DNA of 63,953 nt, filler included, from Hausera hauseri (Eukaryota): the NCBI GenBank assembly GCA_046269625.1. It is 12 parts of 12 records of this genome, joined end to end, with 100 filler letters (N's around TTAATTAATTAA, not from the genome) between each part and the next. Parts side by side here need not be neighbours in the genome. Positions count along the whole stretch, not along the records: positions 48,142 to 52,598 come from JBJURY010571672.1; positions 52,699 to 59,855 come from JBJURY010034335.1; positions 59,956 to 63,953 come from JBJURY010830083.1; 9 more parts are not named here. One strand, 5' to 3'. Positions within the stretch are counted from its first letter, which is position 1. Each line of letters opens with the position of its first letter. The translations under genes and the position numbers were made by a program. The notes beneath the pieces were generated by a model, which had not been told where the DNA came from, made no database searches, and saw nothing but the letters and a program-made list of their open reading frames with translations. Shown here piece by piece: positions 50,140-61,734 of this stretch.

Positions 50140-52598
50140 TCGCTATCTTAGGTTGTAGTGTGTAGCTGGTCTTATATCTGCTTTAACTACTCTTTGAACT
50201 GACACGACTTCCTCTTTACCATTTTTGTTAACATAGACCGTGGTTGGCGTTGTGCGGACGATTTCATATGGTCCTCTTCAAGTACGGGGTAATTTCAAAG
50301 ATGTACCTTTCTTCGCGACTGGGTAATGTATATAAACCCAACTTCCGTTTTCTAGGTCATAGGGTTTAGTCTTTTTATCATATTGTTACTTAAATTGTTC
50401 CTTGTATTTGAGTGATAATGTTTTTGCAACTTCCCAACACTTTTACAATCTCGTCTGTAAGACTTCGGCGAAGTTTTGTTCTAGATCCTCGAAGTTTTTC
50501 TCGCACGGTGTCATACCTAGATCTGTACGTAAGATTGCTTCTCGTCCATACATCATAAAGAACGGTGTATATCCCGTTGCTGGATGTGGTGTCGTATTGA
50601 TTGAGAACTGTGTTTCTTCTAGGAATTTGTCCCAATCCTTTTGGTCTTTGGCCACTACTGTCGATAATATTCGGATGACTGTTGCGTTCATTCGCTCGAC
50701 CATTACATTATATTGGGGGTGGTACGCGGTAATGGTTAAACGTTCAATTTCGAATATCTTGGTAATTTTTTCGAATAATTTGCTTGTAAAGTTCCTTCCT
50801 CTATCTGTTAAAATTTGTTCTGGCGTTTCGTATCTGCAGATGATTTTTCTTACCACTACGCCGGCTAAAGTTTCCGCCTTTTGATCTACTAGTGCCACCA
50901 GTTCAACGAAGTGCGTTAGTCGATCCATGCATGTCAGAATGTATCTGTTATTTTTGTGAGTTTTCGGCAAGGGTCCTACTATATCCATAGACATGGCTTG
51001 AATGCGCCTATCTGGTACGTTTGTAGGTTTTAATTCTGCTACGTAGCCTTTCGTTTTCTTTTATTTTGTCGCGCAAACTTCGCACTCTCCTACCCCATTC
51101 TTTACATCAATATAGATACTTGGCCAGTAATATTTATTTAATATCCTTTCGAAGGTTCTCTTCCAAGACATGTGCCCGGCTAAATATGAATCATGTTCGG
51201 CCATGAGTACTTCGATGCGCAATCCTTTAGGAATAACTATTAGCCGTCTTCATTTCCGCTCGTAATATAGGATATTATCTTGGTTTGACGCATGATATTT
51301 ATATCCGTGTTTCTGTAGATGCTTTTTCAGTTGTCGTCCTTTGGGCATTTTGCTGTTTTGCGCAAATTCAACAATTTGTTGAATAACCTTATCTTTAGCT
51401 TGTTCTGCTGTAATTTTAAATGTCCTATGCAGTATTAGAGTTCTTTGTCGTTCAATCAGTTGATCGAGTTGCCGCCTATTTACTGTAGTGATTGCACTAG
51501 TTTTTGTCTTTAATCTTGACAGTGCGTCGGCGTCGACATGTTTGGTACCTGGTTTGTATTGAAATTCAATATTATTTCGTGAGATTTCCTCGATCCAACG
51601 GTTTAATCTACATGCTGGATTATTAGATCGGTCTTTCAATGTCCTAACTGCTTTGTGGTCGGACACTATTATAATCTTTTGTCCGTAGACATAGACATTA
51701 AAGTGTCGTAGTGCTTTCTTCACGGCTAACGTTTCTAATTCGGTAACCGAATAATTCTTTTCTGTTTTCTTTAACATGCGTCCTCCATAGGCTGTTGGTT
51801 GTTCTAGTTCTTCATTTTCTTGTTTCTGAGCTAATTCGTATCTTATGCCTTCTTTACTTGCATGTGTTTTAATGATGAATGGTAGGTTCAAATCCGGGTA
51901 TCTTTAAATTGGTTCGCTTGTCAAAATCTTCTTCATTTCGTTGAATGCTTTTTGTTCTAATTCCGTCCATCTTTAATTAGTTCCCTTTTTGAATAGGCGA
52001 TATAGTGGTGCGTTAATTTTAGAATTATTTGGTACGTAAGTGGCATAATATCCACATAGACCTAGCCAATGTCTTAACTCTTTTTGATTCTGCGGTTTCA
52101 TACAATCAGATATTTTATTTATCCAGGCTTTATCCGGTTTTGATCCTCCTTCTCCAACTCTATGTCCGAGGTATGATACTGCGTTCTGTGCCCATTTATA
52201 TTTCTTTCGATTTAGTTTCAACCCTCTTGTTCCAGTCGCATGAATGTATCTTCAATGTCCTTTAAGTGTTCCTCCTCGGTTTTTGATGCTATCATCACGT
52301 CGTGGAAGTACGCGAATTTATGATCGAGTCCCATAAGCATTTTATTCATCATTCGAGTAAAAATAGCTGGTCCTGTGGTGATGCCGAAAGGCATAACATT
52401 AAATTCATATACGCCGTCGTATGTTTTAAACGCTGTCTTATATCGATCTTCTTCGATTTCCACTTGCTAGTATCCCGATTGTAGATCGAGAGTGGTAAAC
52501 CATTTCGCTACTGATAGTCTGTCTAAAGCTTCCTTTACTGACGGTAGGGGAAACGAATTATATTGGTCGAATTACATCGGCCTTTAACATTCGCTCTA
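50140..52598 (-). mobile_element. Ty3/Gypsy pol (RT-RNase H-integrase), degenerate
   Basis: [86 protein letters not shown]. Confidence 0.92.
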
Positions 52599-53150
52599 NN
52601 NNNNNNNNNNNNNNNNNNNNNNNNNNNNNNNNNNNNNNNNNNTTAATTAATTAANNNNNNNNNNNNNNNNNNNNNNNNNNNNNNNNNNNNNNNNNNNNAA
52701 ATTTAAATAAAAGTTAAATATTGATCACACAAATAGTCGTAAATTGATCATAGTTGAATTGTTAATCACTGGTTTCAGATCCGAATTGTTATTCAGTCTT
52801 GAATTGTTATTCAGTCTTGTTGAATTATTTATTTTCGGCGTTAACAGTATTGTACACGAGTTGTTTGATAATGTTATCGATATTAGTGTACAAGACTCGT
52901 TTCCGGAAGTGCACACGAATACATACATAATTTTAAACTATTTTAAAACAACAAATAGTGTTTGTATTTACTTTTATCACGTGTTTTTTTTGAACATATT
53001 TACATTATTATTATATAAAATTATTTCAAAGCTAAATTAATATAGCAATTTTAATTCGAAAGAAATAATACACATTTGTGAGACAAAGTAAGGAACATAA
53101 ATTAATAAAAGTTTTGTTACATTTGATTATTTTGATTTGTTATTATTTAT

Positions 53151-53500
53151 AGTAGATAGATGTGAGGACACTGGATCAGAGCCCCCTAGAGGAGGAAAGT
53201 AACCAATCAGAGGAGGACACGTCATCGGAGGGGGTAGGAAAACTGGCCAATGGTAGGAGGACAAGTCATCGGAGATAAGGAAAACTGACCAATCAGAGAG
53301 CACTATTCGGTAGATCCCCAAGAACAAAGACTTTTGTGATTTATGTTGGGTCTTACTATTCCCACCCCCGGAACAAAGACATTTGAACAAAGACCCACAA
53401 ATTAATCCCTCTGAAAAATTGATCTCCCCCCGAAAAATTGACCCCTCGGGAAAAAAGCGACCCCCCTGGATAAAAATTTACCCCCTCAAGGGTACCCTAT
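53151..53500 (+). repeat. Putative terminus (TIR) of a pPolB element, homologous to 11064-11325
   Basis: Starts AGTAGATAGATGTGAG; three CCAAT boxes, CACGTCAT and CTATTCCCACCC, then ~20-bp CCC..GAAAAATTGA direct repeats at 53408-53490. Confidence 0.65.
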
Positions 53501-53547
53501 TTCCCAATTTCTGGTATATATATACATGTTAAAATATCTTATAAAAA

Positions 53548-54005
53548 ATGGATATACAAGACCAATAAATACAATTGCGACATTTTGATGAATTATCATT
53601 TGCTCAATTGGTAACATGATGGAAAGCAATTAAGAACGACTTGGTTAAAGAAGCAAGAGATATTGGATTTCCAAAAGATTTGGCAAAAATAGCTCTGATA
53701 ACAAACGAGTGTACACTATTACAAAATCTCACTAATCTAATAAATCAAATGTATCTTCATCGACTGTATGACACAAATTACTGTAATACTATCGAAAAGG
53801 TACGTGGTGAATTAAATACTTTAAAAAAATAAAGGACAAAGTAATAAAGTTTCAATTAATGTGTTTAGTATGTAATGAAAATAAATGGGACACAGTATTC
53901 CTAATGTACAGTCATCTGGTAGTATGTTTTAAATGTTTAAACGTAAAGCTATGTCCACAATGTAAAACTACAATTACTGAAACTGTACAAATTTACTACG
54001 AATAA
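53548..54005 (+). pseudogene. IAP-like UBA + C-terminal RING E3 ligase remnant (no BIR)
   Basis: LVKEARDIGFPKDLAKIAL (UBA-like), a coiled segment, a frameshift at ~53830, then CLVCNENKWDTVFLMYSHLVVCFKCLNVKLCPQCKTTITETVQIYYE*. Confidence 0.65.
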
Positions 54006-54039
54006 AAAAATAAGACTAAAATATTTATTGTACAAAAAT

Positions 54040-54380
54040 AAATACAGTAATGGCCATAAGTCACACTCTGATTTTTCTGAAGCCACTGTCTCTTATCGTC
54101 GAACGGGTCCAATGCCTTCTTTTTGCTGTTTATTGTCATGAGCTGATGATTTTTTGTTCCGATACGTTCCTGGTCGACTGTTATTCCATGACCATTTTCA
54201 TAGGCTTGGAGAAAGTTTTCAAACTGTAAATCTGGTTACTTCATATTTACACATTTGCATTTCAATACGGACTTGGATTGCGTTTTCAACGCATAACATT
54301 TCGGTCTTAAGAAAATTCCCTCTTTGTACTCAACACTGCCTTTGCTTTCATATTTAAACTTGCCTATAACAGCCGAGAAA
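54040..54380 (-). pseudogene. C-terminus of pPolB, homologous to 11365-11728
   Basis: IGKFKYESKG..IFLRPKCYAL..HQLMTINSKKKALDPFDDKRQW..YGHY. Confidence 0.85.
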
Positions 54381-55261
54381 CGAATGAAATAAAGACTGTT
54401 GTAAAACTGTTGTATACGTAAAATTTATACACGTTAAATATTACTTGTTAAAATGATGTGTGGTATATTGATAACGCATTTTAAATGTTTGGAATATAAT
54501 GAGATCTAGCAGTGACATGCCAAGAATTTTTCCAAGTGGGGATTTACGTAATACTCACTGAAATAGACTTGACGACTTTGTTCAATGTTAACATTGTAAC
54601 TGATGAAAAGTCCTGTAATAAATTCGGCATTATGTATTATTCTTTCATTTGGTATAATAACGCAATATTATGATGACTTTCAAAATATTCAGATGTACGT
54701 TTATTAAAAACCTGAACATAGGTAACACTGCGCTTTTTCTTTAACAGCTTTGACAAAATTCTCATTAATTAAAACATGATAACTCTTCATTTTCTTTGAT
54801 GTTTAATTTGTTTATTTTCATTAATATTGCTAACCATTATGTCATCGTCGACAGTACTGGATTTTATAGATGTCGGTTCAACAATTTCTTGCGGTTCAAC
54901 TGTCGTTTCTCGCGATGTTTTAATTTTGACATCGAATGAATTGATTTCGTGAAGTTTCCGATCTTTTTCTAATTCTTTTTTAGGTCAACTTTATCAATTG
55001 AACTATGATTAGAAGGCGCTTTTTCTGATTGTGAATTTGGTCAAATCGTTTTCACTCGCAATAAAGTCGGTTCCATATGATTCAAAAGAGTTCTTTCTGT
55101 CTTCCAATTCTTCTTCCAAACAGCAAAATGTCAATTGTTGAACCAACCGGCAAATGACAGAAGACCAACGGACGCAGGACCAAACGGAAAACACCCATGT
55201 GTTAGAATCTGACAGGAATGAATTTAGATCGGTGATTTCTACAATAGGTGGAGTTGGAGGT

Positions 55262-55400
55262 TTTTCATTGCTTAAGGACGGGCAAGAAGCTTCGTGAACA
55301 ATTGACGTAGCACCTTGGCCAATGACTTCGGCCAAAGTATATTCACTTTTACTGTTTGGCCAGTGAACAGCTAGTTGAGTATTTTCTCGAACATTGTCAT
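55262..55400 (-). pseudogene. N-terminal fragment of an OSR1/SPAK/Fray-type STE20 kinase
   Basis: WPNSKSEYTLAEVIGQGATSIVHEASC..NEK. Homology stops before the VAIK lysine. Confidence 0.7.
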
Positions 55401-55899
55401 GCTTTTGTTCAAAGAAATAAAACTATATTCATTAACGAATGAACGAAATTTGAAGACAATTTAAACAGTTGCTATTTATATTTTTTTATATTTAAACTAA
55501 AGTATATCGCACAATTATTTTTTTCCGTGGGCCAATGTGGGCACCACACCCTGTCTAACGGAACCGAATGGCAAATTGATCTCCGGGAGTGTGGTGGTGT
55601 CTGCATGCAAGGCTCCACATTACTCCGTGACAAAATGACATTACGAAGAGCAAAACGATGAAAAGGGAAAATCGCAAAACGGAACAATGTCTATGATTTA
55701 TTCAGTTTTTGTGTGTATTACTGTTTGTTTAAGTGTCTGCTGAAATGGTTGGGGCGAATTTATGTTTTGATTTGATATGTCAGCAGGTTGAAAACTGGTC
55801 GGTGAGTTGTTTGATTCATCTGTTTTAGCTAATGCGGATTTTGAAGCAACGGTTTGTGGTATCGGTATACTTCAAGAAGAATTAAAAGTGTTATGAAAG

Positions 55900-56720
55900 G
55901 TTGATACAGGCTTAGTTGAGGATTCAGGTGTGTCATCAACAAAAACGCCGGTTTCACGTTGATGATATGGCCGTTTTGCTTATTTCCGTTTTTAGGTGTT
56001 GTGACTATATGTGATGTAGTGTTTAAAACTTTAAACGGTCCTAAGTAGAGTTGTTGAAATCCAGATGGGGAAGAAATTTTCAACCACACTAGCTTTGCGT
56101 CAAACAATAACTCAGATGAATATGTTTTATCACCGTGTATTATTTTACAGAAAGAGTCCTGACCTAACCGAACGAAATGTTTTTGTGAAGATCTAATTAT
56201 TTCGTCAGTAGGTGTATTGTCTAAGTCAGTCAACTCGAAAAGCGCACGTATGGTAATGCGGAAAAGTGCTTCTGCGGTGCACAACCGGTGGTAGTGGACG
56301 GCGTGATGCGCCATCCGAGTAATACGAATAGATGGATTATTGTCCAGTTCGTGTGAGTTTCGGCGAGAATTTTTAATAAAATTTTAAGTGTGCGGCGGAA
56401 ACGTTCCAACAAGCCGTTCGACTGGAGAGGTACGGTGTGGTATGTATGCGGTTTATGCCCAGTCGATTAACTAGAGATTTGAATAGGTTCGATTCGAATA
56501 AGGGGATTTGGTCTGTTATGATATAGTTTGGCGAACCGAACCGGCTGATCGAAACTCTTATAAAAGCGTCTGCAATGGAGTCCGTGTTAACAGAACGGAG
56601 TGTAATGGCCTCAGACCAACGAAATGCACGGTCCATCATAGTCAAAATGAATTGATGACCATTGTCGGATGGTAAAGGACCGACTGTGTCTAGATGGACT
56701 GATTCGAAAGGAGACGTACA
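55900..56720 (-). mobile_element. Ty3/Gypsy (CsRN1-like) integrase remnant
   Basis: FESVHLDTVGPLP, LTMMDRAFRWSEAI, SRFGSP..ITDQ..FES, LERFRRTLK, YLGPFKVL, VKPAF. Confidence 0.85.
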
Positions 56721-56999
56721 GAGTAGTAGAAAAATGTCGGTCCTGGCTCAGCCCTCCTTCCGAGCAGCCAATCCGAAGCGTGCTTGATGCGCAAACAAGC
56801 ACGGCCGAATAGAATCGATGACGTAGATTCCAAAAAACACTGTGGAAAGTACATGGTGCACCCCGGAAGCAGGAGAAATGCACGAAAAAAAGCGGATGTA
56901 AGAAGGAAGAGGTGCACTGTGGTGTGTGGCATATGGAAATGAAGGGCGGCAATGGCGCATGGAAAGCCGAAGGATCCAAGTCGATTGGATGGAGTGGAA

Positions 57000-58350
57000 A
57001 AATTATATAACGTGGATCATAACGTGAACGTGACCTTGTTATCAATACATCAAAATTTTCTATATATAGTTCCTTTTTATTATTTTCGTAACATAAAATT
57101 GCTTCAACTTGACTTACGATCCCTTCCATAACCAACCCTTTCCCTCTTGTTCTTTCCCTCAGCATAATCCTCAACGCTTCGAATTCATGATTTCTCCCAC
57201 CCTTTACCATTCCCTTATCAAATATATACATATAAGAAAATACGTTTAATTTAATTTCACAATCAAACTGAGCCATTGTTAACGCGGTGCTCCTCCGCGG
57301 GGTAATTTTTCCACCTTTAAACGATGGTGTCGTATCATGCAGACTGATTTTAATATCCACTCCGGTGTCATAATCACCGCCGGCAATCATTGAAACGGAA
57401 GAACAAAAACCGACAATAATATATTTATAACCTTTAACAATTTTTTGGATCACGTTCTCCAATCCTATAAACGTCATTTGACCTGCTCTACATTCCATAA
57501 TTCTCGACTCCTTGTCACCGTTAACGTCAATCTCATACATTTTGCCACTTTATTCGTTAATACATCGCCTGAATGCAGATGTCTACTCATTTTCACTCGT
57601 GAATAAAAATCATTTGATGTTAAATCGATTTTCCCATCGCGTGCTTCATCAAAATATTTCGTTTTCTCAATATCTTTAACACTATTCAGATCTGAGTATT
57701 GAGTATCAGTTGAAGAAACAGAAACTTTCCGAACTCGTCGATGAACAAACCCTGACGTTCGTTTAATGAAAATCTCTCGATATTGAAACAATTGTGAGTC
57801 TTTATCTTCTGCTATTGATGTCATACAAAATTAATTGCCAAATTCAAGATACTCATGTAATTCCCCGATGGTTGTTCAAATAAATGTTTTAATAGAAACA
57901 ATAAATACTTCATGATTGAATAAGTAGCTTGATCAAAATTTGACAAAATACTACAAATTTTATATATATTGAATACCGTGAATCGCGAAGTATGTATACA
58001 ATCGGCAACACAATTCGTTCCAATATAACCCCACAAATTCACTAGTCATCATCTTTCATCTTTTTTACTCTATCAGAATAACACAATTCTTGTTCAACCA
58101 AATAGTTTTTCTGTTTTAGTAATTGTTGATGCGAACTGTCAAACAATAGGTACCTAACCAAACGTAATAACACATGACTCACTTCAATGTATTCGACGTA
58201 AATTGCACCTTTATGATTCACCTCGGTTGATTGGATATTTCTCATATAATCCAACAATTTTTCATAGCCACAGCACATAATTATTCCTGGTTGTTCGATT
58301 AACTGATCATTCCAACATATCGCTAATTTGTACCATTCATCGTTCATCAT
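57000..58350 (-). other. Broken intronless orphan reading frame (~450 codons), origin unknown
   Basis: Four abutting or overlapping ORFs on one strand with protein-like composition; no motif recognised. Confidence 0.35.
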
Positions 58351-59339
58351 AATTTTCTTTTTAAAAACCTTTTAAATTCAAAAAAAATTAATAATCCATA
58401 TTGATCATTTATCACAAATATCCATGGATTTAGACTTTATGACTGGGCTAGAAATATAGAAAACATGTAGAATGCTTCTCTTTAGTGGCATATTTTGCTT
58501 ACCTGTTATATGGCTGATAAATGTTATGTCGTTTTCTTTTTAAATTTATGTTTCAAAATGATGATCTTGATGAACGAAAATTAATAAAACGGTGTAATTT
58601 CTCTCGATTATTACTCAATGAAGATATATCATTTTAGATGTGGTGTTGAATATTGTGGGTACGTTTCTGTGGTTTGTGATTAATGTGTCTTGGTTATCAG
58701 TGGAACATGCTTGTTCTGTTAGATGATTTGTGAAATAAACCAAAAGTTTTGCGTTTTGATTGATTTGTGTTCATCAGGAATATTCAGTTCTATAGTTAAT
58801 ACAAATTTCTCTTTCTTTCCAATTATGGTTCTAAAGAAGTGGTAGACCATTATGGTCTCTTGATAATGTTAAAAGACCAAAGATAATCAAATTAAAAGTT
58901 TCTGTTGCTCTACGAAAGTCTCATGAGGTCACGGGCAAAGTATTACATTAAGTAATATTTCATTAAATTATACAGAACAATATTTTTTTAAATTACTTTT
59001 ACGACATACTGTTTGACCTTTCAAAGGAATCAAAAATAGAGTGATGAAAACTGAAATATGATTCATAAATAAAAGTATCTATAATAAAGTATTTTGTATA
59101 TTTGATCATGAGTGGTATTCTTTTTCTAGTGATATTAATTGTAAGCCGGATTCTTTGTTCAAAAGAATCTGTTCATTCAGATTAAAGGAAAAAAGAAATT
59201 TTACTGTAAATCAAGTGTTTCTATTGAATATTGTCAGAAAAGTATAAAAATTCATGTTGATCAATTATATAATAAATATTTTTGCCAAAGAAACTCAAAG
59301 ATACAAAATCCTTAACTACAACAGATTACAGTCGTTTTA

Positions 59340-59830
59340 AAACTAACTGTTCTTGAAATCAGTTGGGAAGAAAGACACGTTTTTGGACTTTTTCCGTTGA
59401 ATGACATCATCCGGTAATTCTTGCTTTACTCACTAGTAGTAGTCTGCCATCAACTTGTAACATCTTTAGGTGAACTAAGTGAGTAACCGGAAAGTATTCA
59501 AACTTGTTCCCATTGTATAATAGGACACCATTCAGGCTGGTCTTAGATGAGTCAATAAACAGGGACCAGTCACAAAACTGATAAAAACGGGTGATACTCC
59601 CAAACAACTCACTACATCTGGTATGTAGTGAGGAATACACAAGATGACCATCTTATGAGAAGTCTGGCAGAAACTTCTCACGAACTCTGTATCAGAAGAA
59701 CAATGTACATACGAGCAGTAGATTCCTGGAACTTAGACATGATTATAGAAGATCTGTTGACTACTTTGTGAACCAAAATTCTCTAACGAGGTCATTAAGT
59801 TCATATTTAATGAACGGAGGATTGACCATC
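59340..59830 (-). mobile_element. Chapaev3-like DNA transposase remnant
   Basis: ELNDLVR and DWSLFIDSSKTSLNGVLLYNGNKF..HLVHLK. Confidence 0.6.
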
Positions 59831-59955
59831 GAGCAGAAGGAGGATAGGCATATATNNNNNNNNNNNNNNNNNNNNNNNNNNNNNNNNNNNNNNNNNNNNT
59901 TAATTAATTAANNNNNNNNNNNNNNNNNNNNNNNNNNNNNNNNNNNNNNNNNNNN

Positions 59956-60904
59956 ATGATACTTTCGAAAATGATTCGAAAAAAGAGCAAATATTATTGG
60001 AAGCGCTTTCTCAATCAAGTTTCGATAATTGTATCAGTCATATTGAAAAACAAATGCCTCTCGAATACTGTTACCATAAGAAACAGTTCGGGTCATATGC
60101 AAGTGCAAAATTCGTTAAAGATACATTATTTTTTCGCAGCAATTGGCGTTATCCATTAATTAATATTAAGAATCGTATAAAGAATATTGCTCTAATCGGT
60201 CCGCCAGGTATAGGCAAAACCGAATTTGCCCGTGCACATTTCGATCATCCTCTTATGGTGAACAGTCGTCAAGACTGGGGAAGATTCAAAGCAGGCTATC
60301 ACGATGGTATAGTGCTTGACGATGTGCCTCTGGCGAATTTCGACCCGCTTACTGTCAGAGGTATACTTGATTACATGCATGACTATACCATAGACATTAA
60401 ATATGGTCATAGTTTCATTCCGCATGATGTTAAAAAGATTATATGCAACACGGACATGAAAACGCTATTTCCGTAAAAAGTACGGAAAATGAAATCGAGG
60501 CAATCATGCGTTGATTGGATATTTATCAATTTACCGAAACAATATTCGTAACAAAAAAATATCCAACCATACAGCTTGCTTTGCCAAAACCGACAGTTGA
60601 ATATTTAGGTGTATTAGTTCGTAGCAATGAATGGTTAACGTCAAACAAAAAAAATGAAAAGACGAACATTAATGTTACCGATTTACCAACACCAATACCA
60701 GGTACGTCGTCTAATAATAATAGTGCTGAACTTTGTGAACTAAAACAAACATTGAATAAACTAATGGTTGAAATGAAGTCTCTAAAACGGAAATCAATAA
60801 CAGCTGTTGATATTGACAGAGAATCAACAATATCTAAAGTGTCTAAATGTGACAATGATTGTATATCTTTAATTTCTAGTGACGAAAATAATAATGATCA
60901 ATAA
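59956..60904 (+). pseudogene. rep: CRESS-DNA-virus-type Rep, SF3 helicase half (5' part beyond the contig break); stop/frameshift at ~60476 and TGA at ~60512
   Basis: Walker A GPPGIGKTEFAR, Walker B GIVLDD, IDIKYG..IP, motif C KIICN, Arg-finger-like EAIMR*L, then an acidic/coiled tail. The stop codon overlaps AATAAA. Confidence 0.8.
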
Positions 60905-60931
60905 AGTCTTTATATTTGATTTATTTATTTA

Positions 60932-61681
60932 TTACATTATCATATCGTTTATCATTTTACGTGCAAGTACAAATACATTGTCATCACGATGAACAAAATA
61001 ATCCAAGTAACCATATGGCAGAATACTTTTTATTTGCGCATTACTAAATTGTACTAAAACTCCACGATTAAGAAAAGCTGTAGAGTAGCTACTGCAATGG
61101 TACCATGGTACGTCCTTGCTAGTCCATATGTTTGGAGTTCGTTTAATAGCATAATTGGATTTTTTATATTTGACCATGGTTTTCAGATAACAATTACTCT
61201 CGGCAATCTGTAAGTATCTCGATGCTTGGTTTGGTGTGAAGGTACACTCTTCACAAACGATTATATCTTTATTTACGCAATCATAAAGCATAAATGGTGA
61301 GCTTTCATCGAAGCAATTCACGACACCAACATCCATACCTGCTGTAAGAACATTACTTAATAATGTTTTACCTGAATTAGATTCTCCTACAAGGTATATA
61401 GCATTAATTTTAGCATATTGTTTATTCAAAATTGCAAAAAATAGTTGCCAAAGTGCACAATAATCACTGTTGTGAAATTTACATTTTGCCATATGATTAG
61501 TCTCATTATGCATATTTCGATATCGCTGAACTTCGGAATTAGCATGTAACCATTCAGGAAACGTGACTGTCGGCTGACCCACATTAAATATGTCAATAAC
61601 AAAGTTAAACAATAACAATACACTTTCGTTCGTTTCATTGATATTACAATATTCCGATAATTCCATATGTAAAGTAGTCAT
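60932..61681 (-). CDS. Parvovirus NS1-type SF3 helicase lacking the HUH nuclease domain (249 aa from ATG 61681; frame open to 61741)
   Basis: KINAIYLVGESNSGKT (A), FMLYDCVNKDIIVCEE (B), MVKYKK (B'), RTPNIWTS (C), AFLNR. Intact ORF. Confidence 0.85.
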   Translation of the reverse strand: MTTLHMELSEYCNINETNESVLLLFNFVIDIFNVGQPTVTFPEWLHANSEVQRYRNMHNETNHMAKCKFHNSDYCALWQLFFAILNKQYAKINAIYLVGESNSGKTLLSNVLTAGMDVGVVNCFDESSPFMLYDCVNKDIIVCEECTFTPNQASRYLQIAESNCYLKTMVKYKKSNYAIKRTPNIWTSKDVPWYHCSSYSTAFLNRGVLVQFSNAQIKSILPYGYLDYFVHRDDNVFVLARKMINDMIM

Positions 61682-61734
61682 GATTAAATAAAATGAAATA
61701 AACAACGAAACTTTATTAATATAAATAAATTTTG

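Noticed and set aside
52783-52830. 18-bp tandem repeat GAATTGTTATTCAGTCTT
   Set aside because: About 2.5 units; ordinary slippage duplication.
56830-56860. NTVESTW resembling a Merlin/IS1595 transposase motif
   Set aside because: Single short motif with no supporting DDE context.
56611-57540. 309-aa ORF as one protein
   Set aside because: It crosses a composition change at ~57000 and runs out of frame over the integrase remnant.
7681-59955. Regularly recurring TTAATTAATTAA as a biological repeat or CRISPR-like array
   Set aside because: It is always centred in exactly 44+44 N, so it is an assembly linker. Gene neighbourhoods across these linkers were not interpreted.
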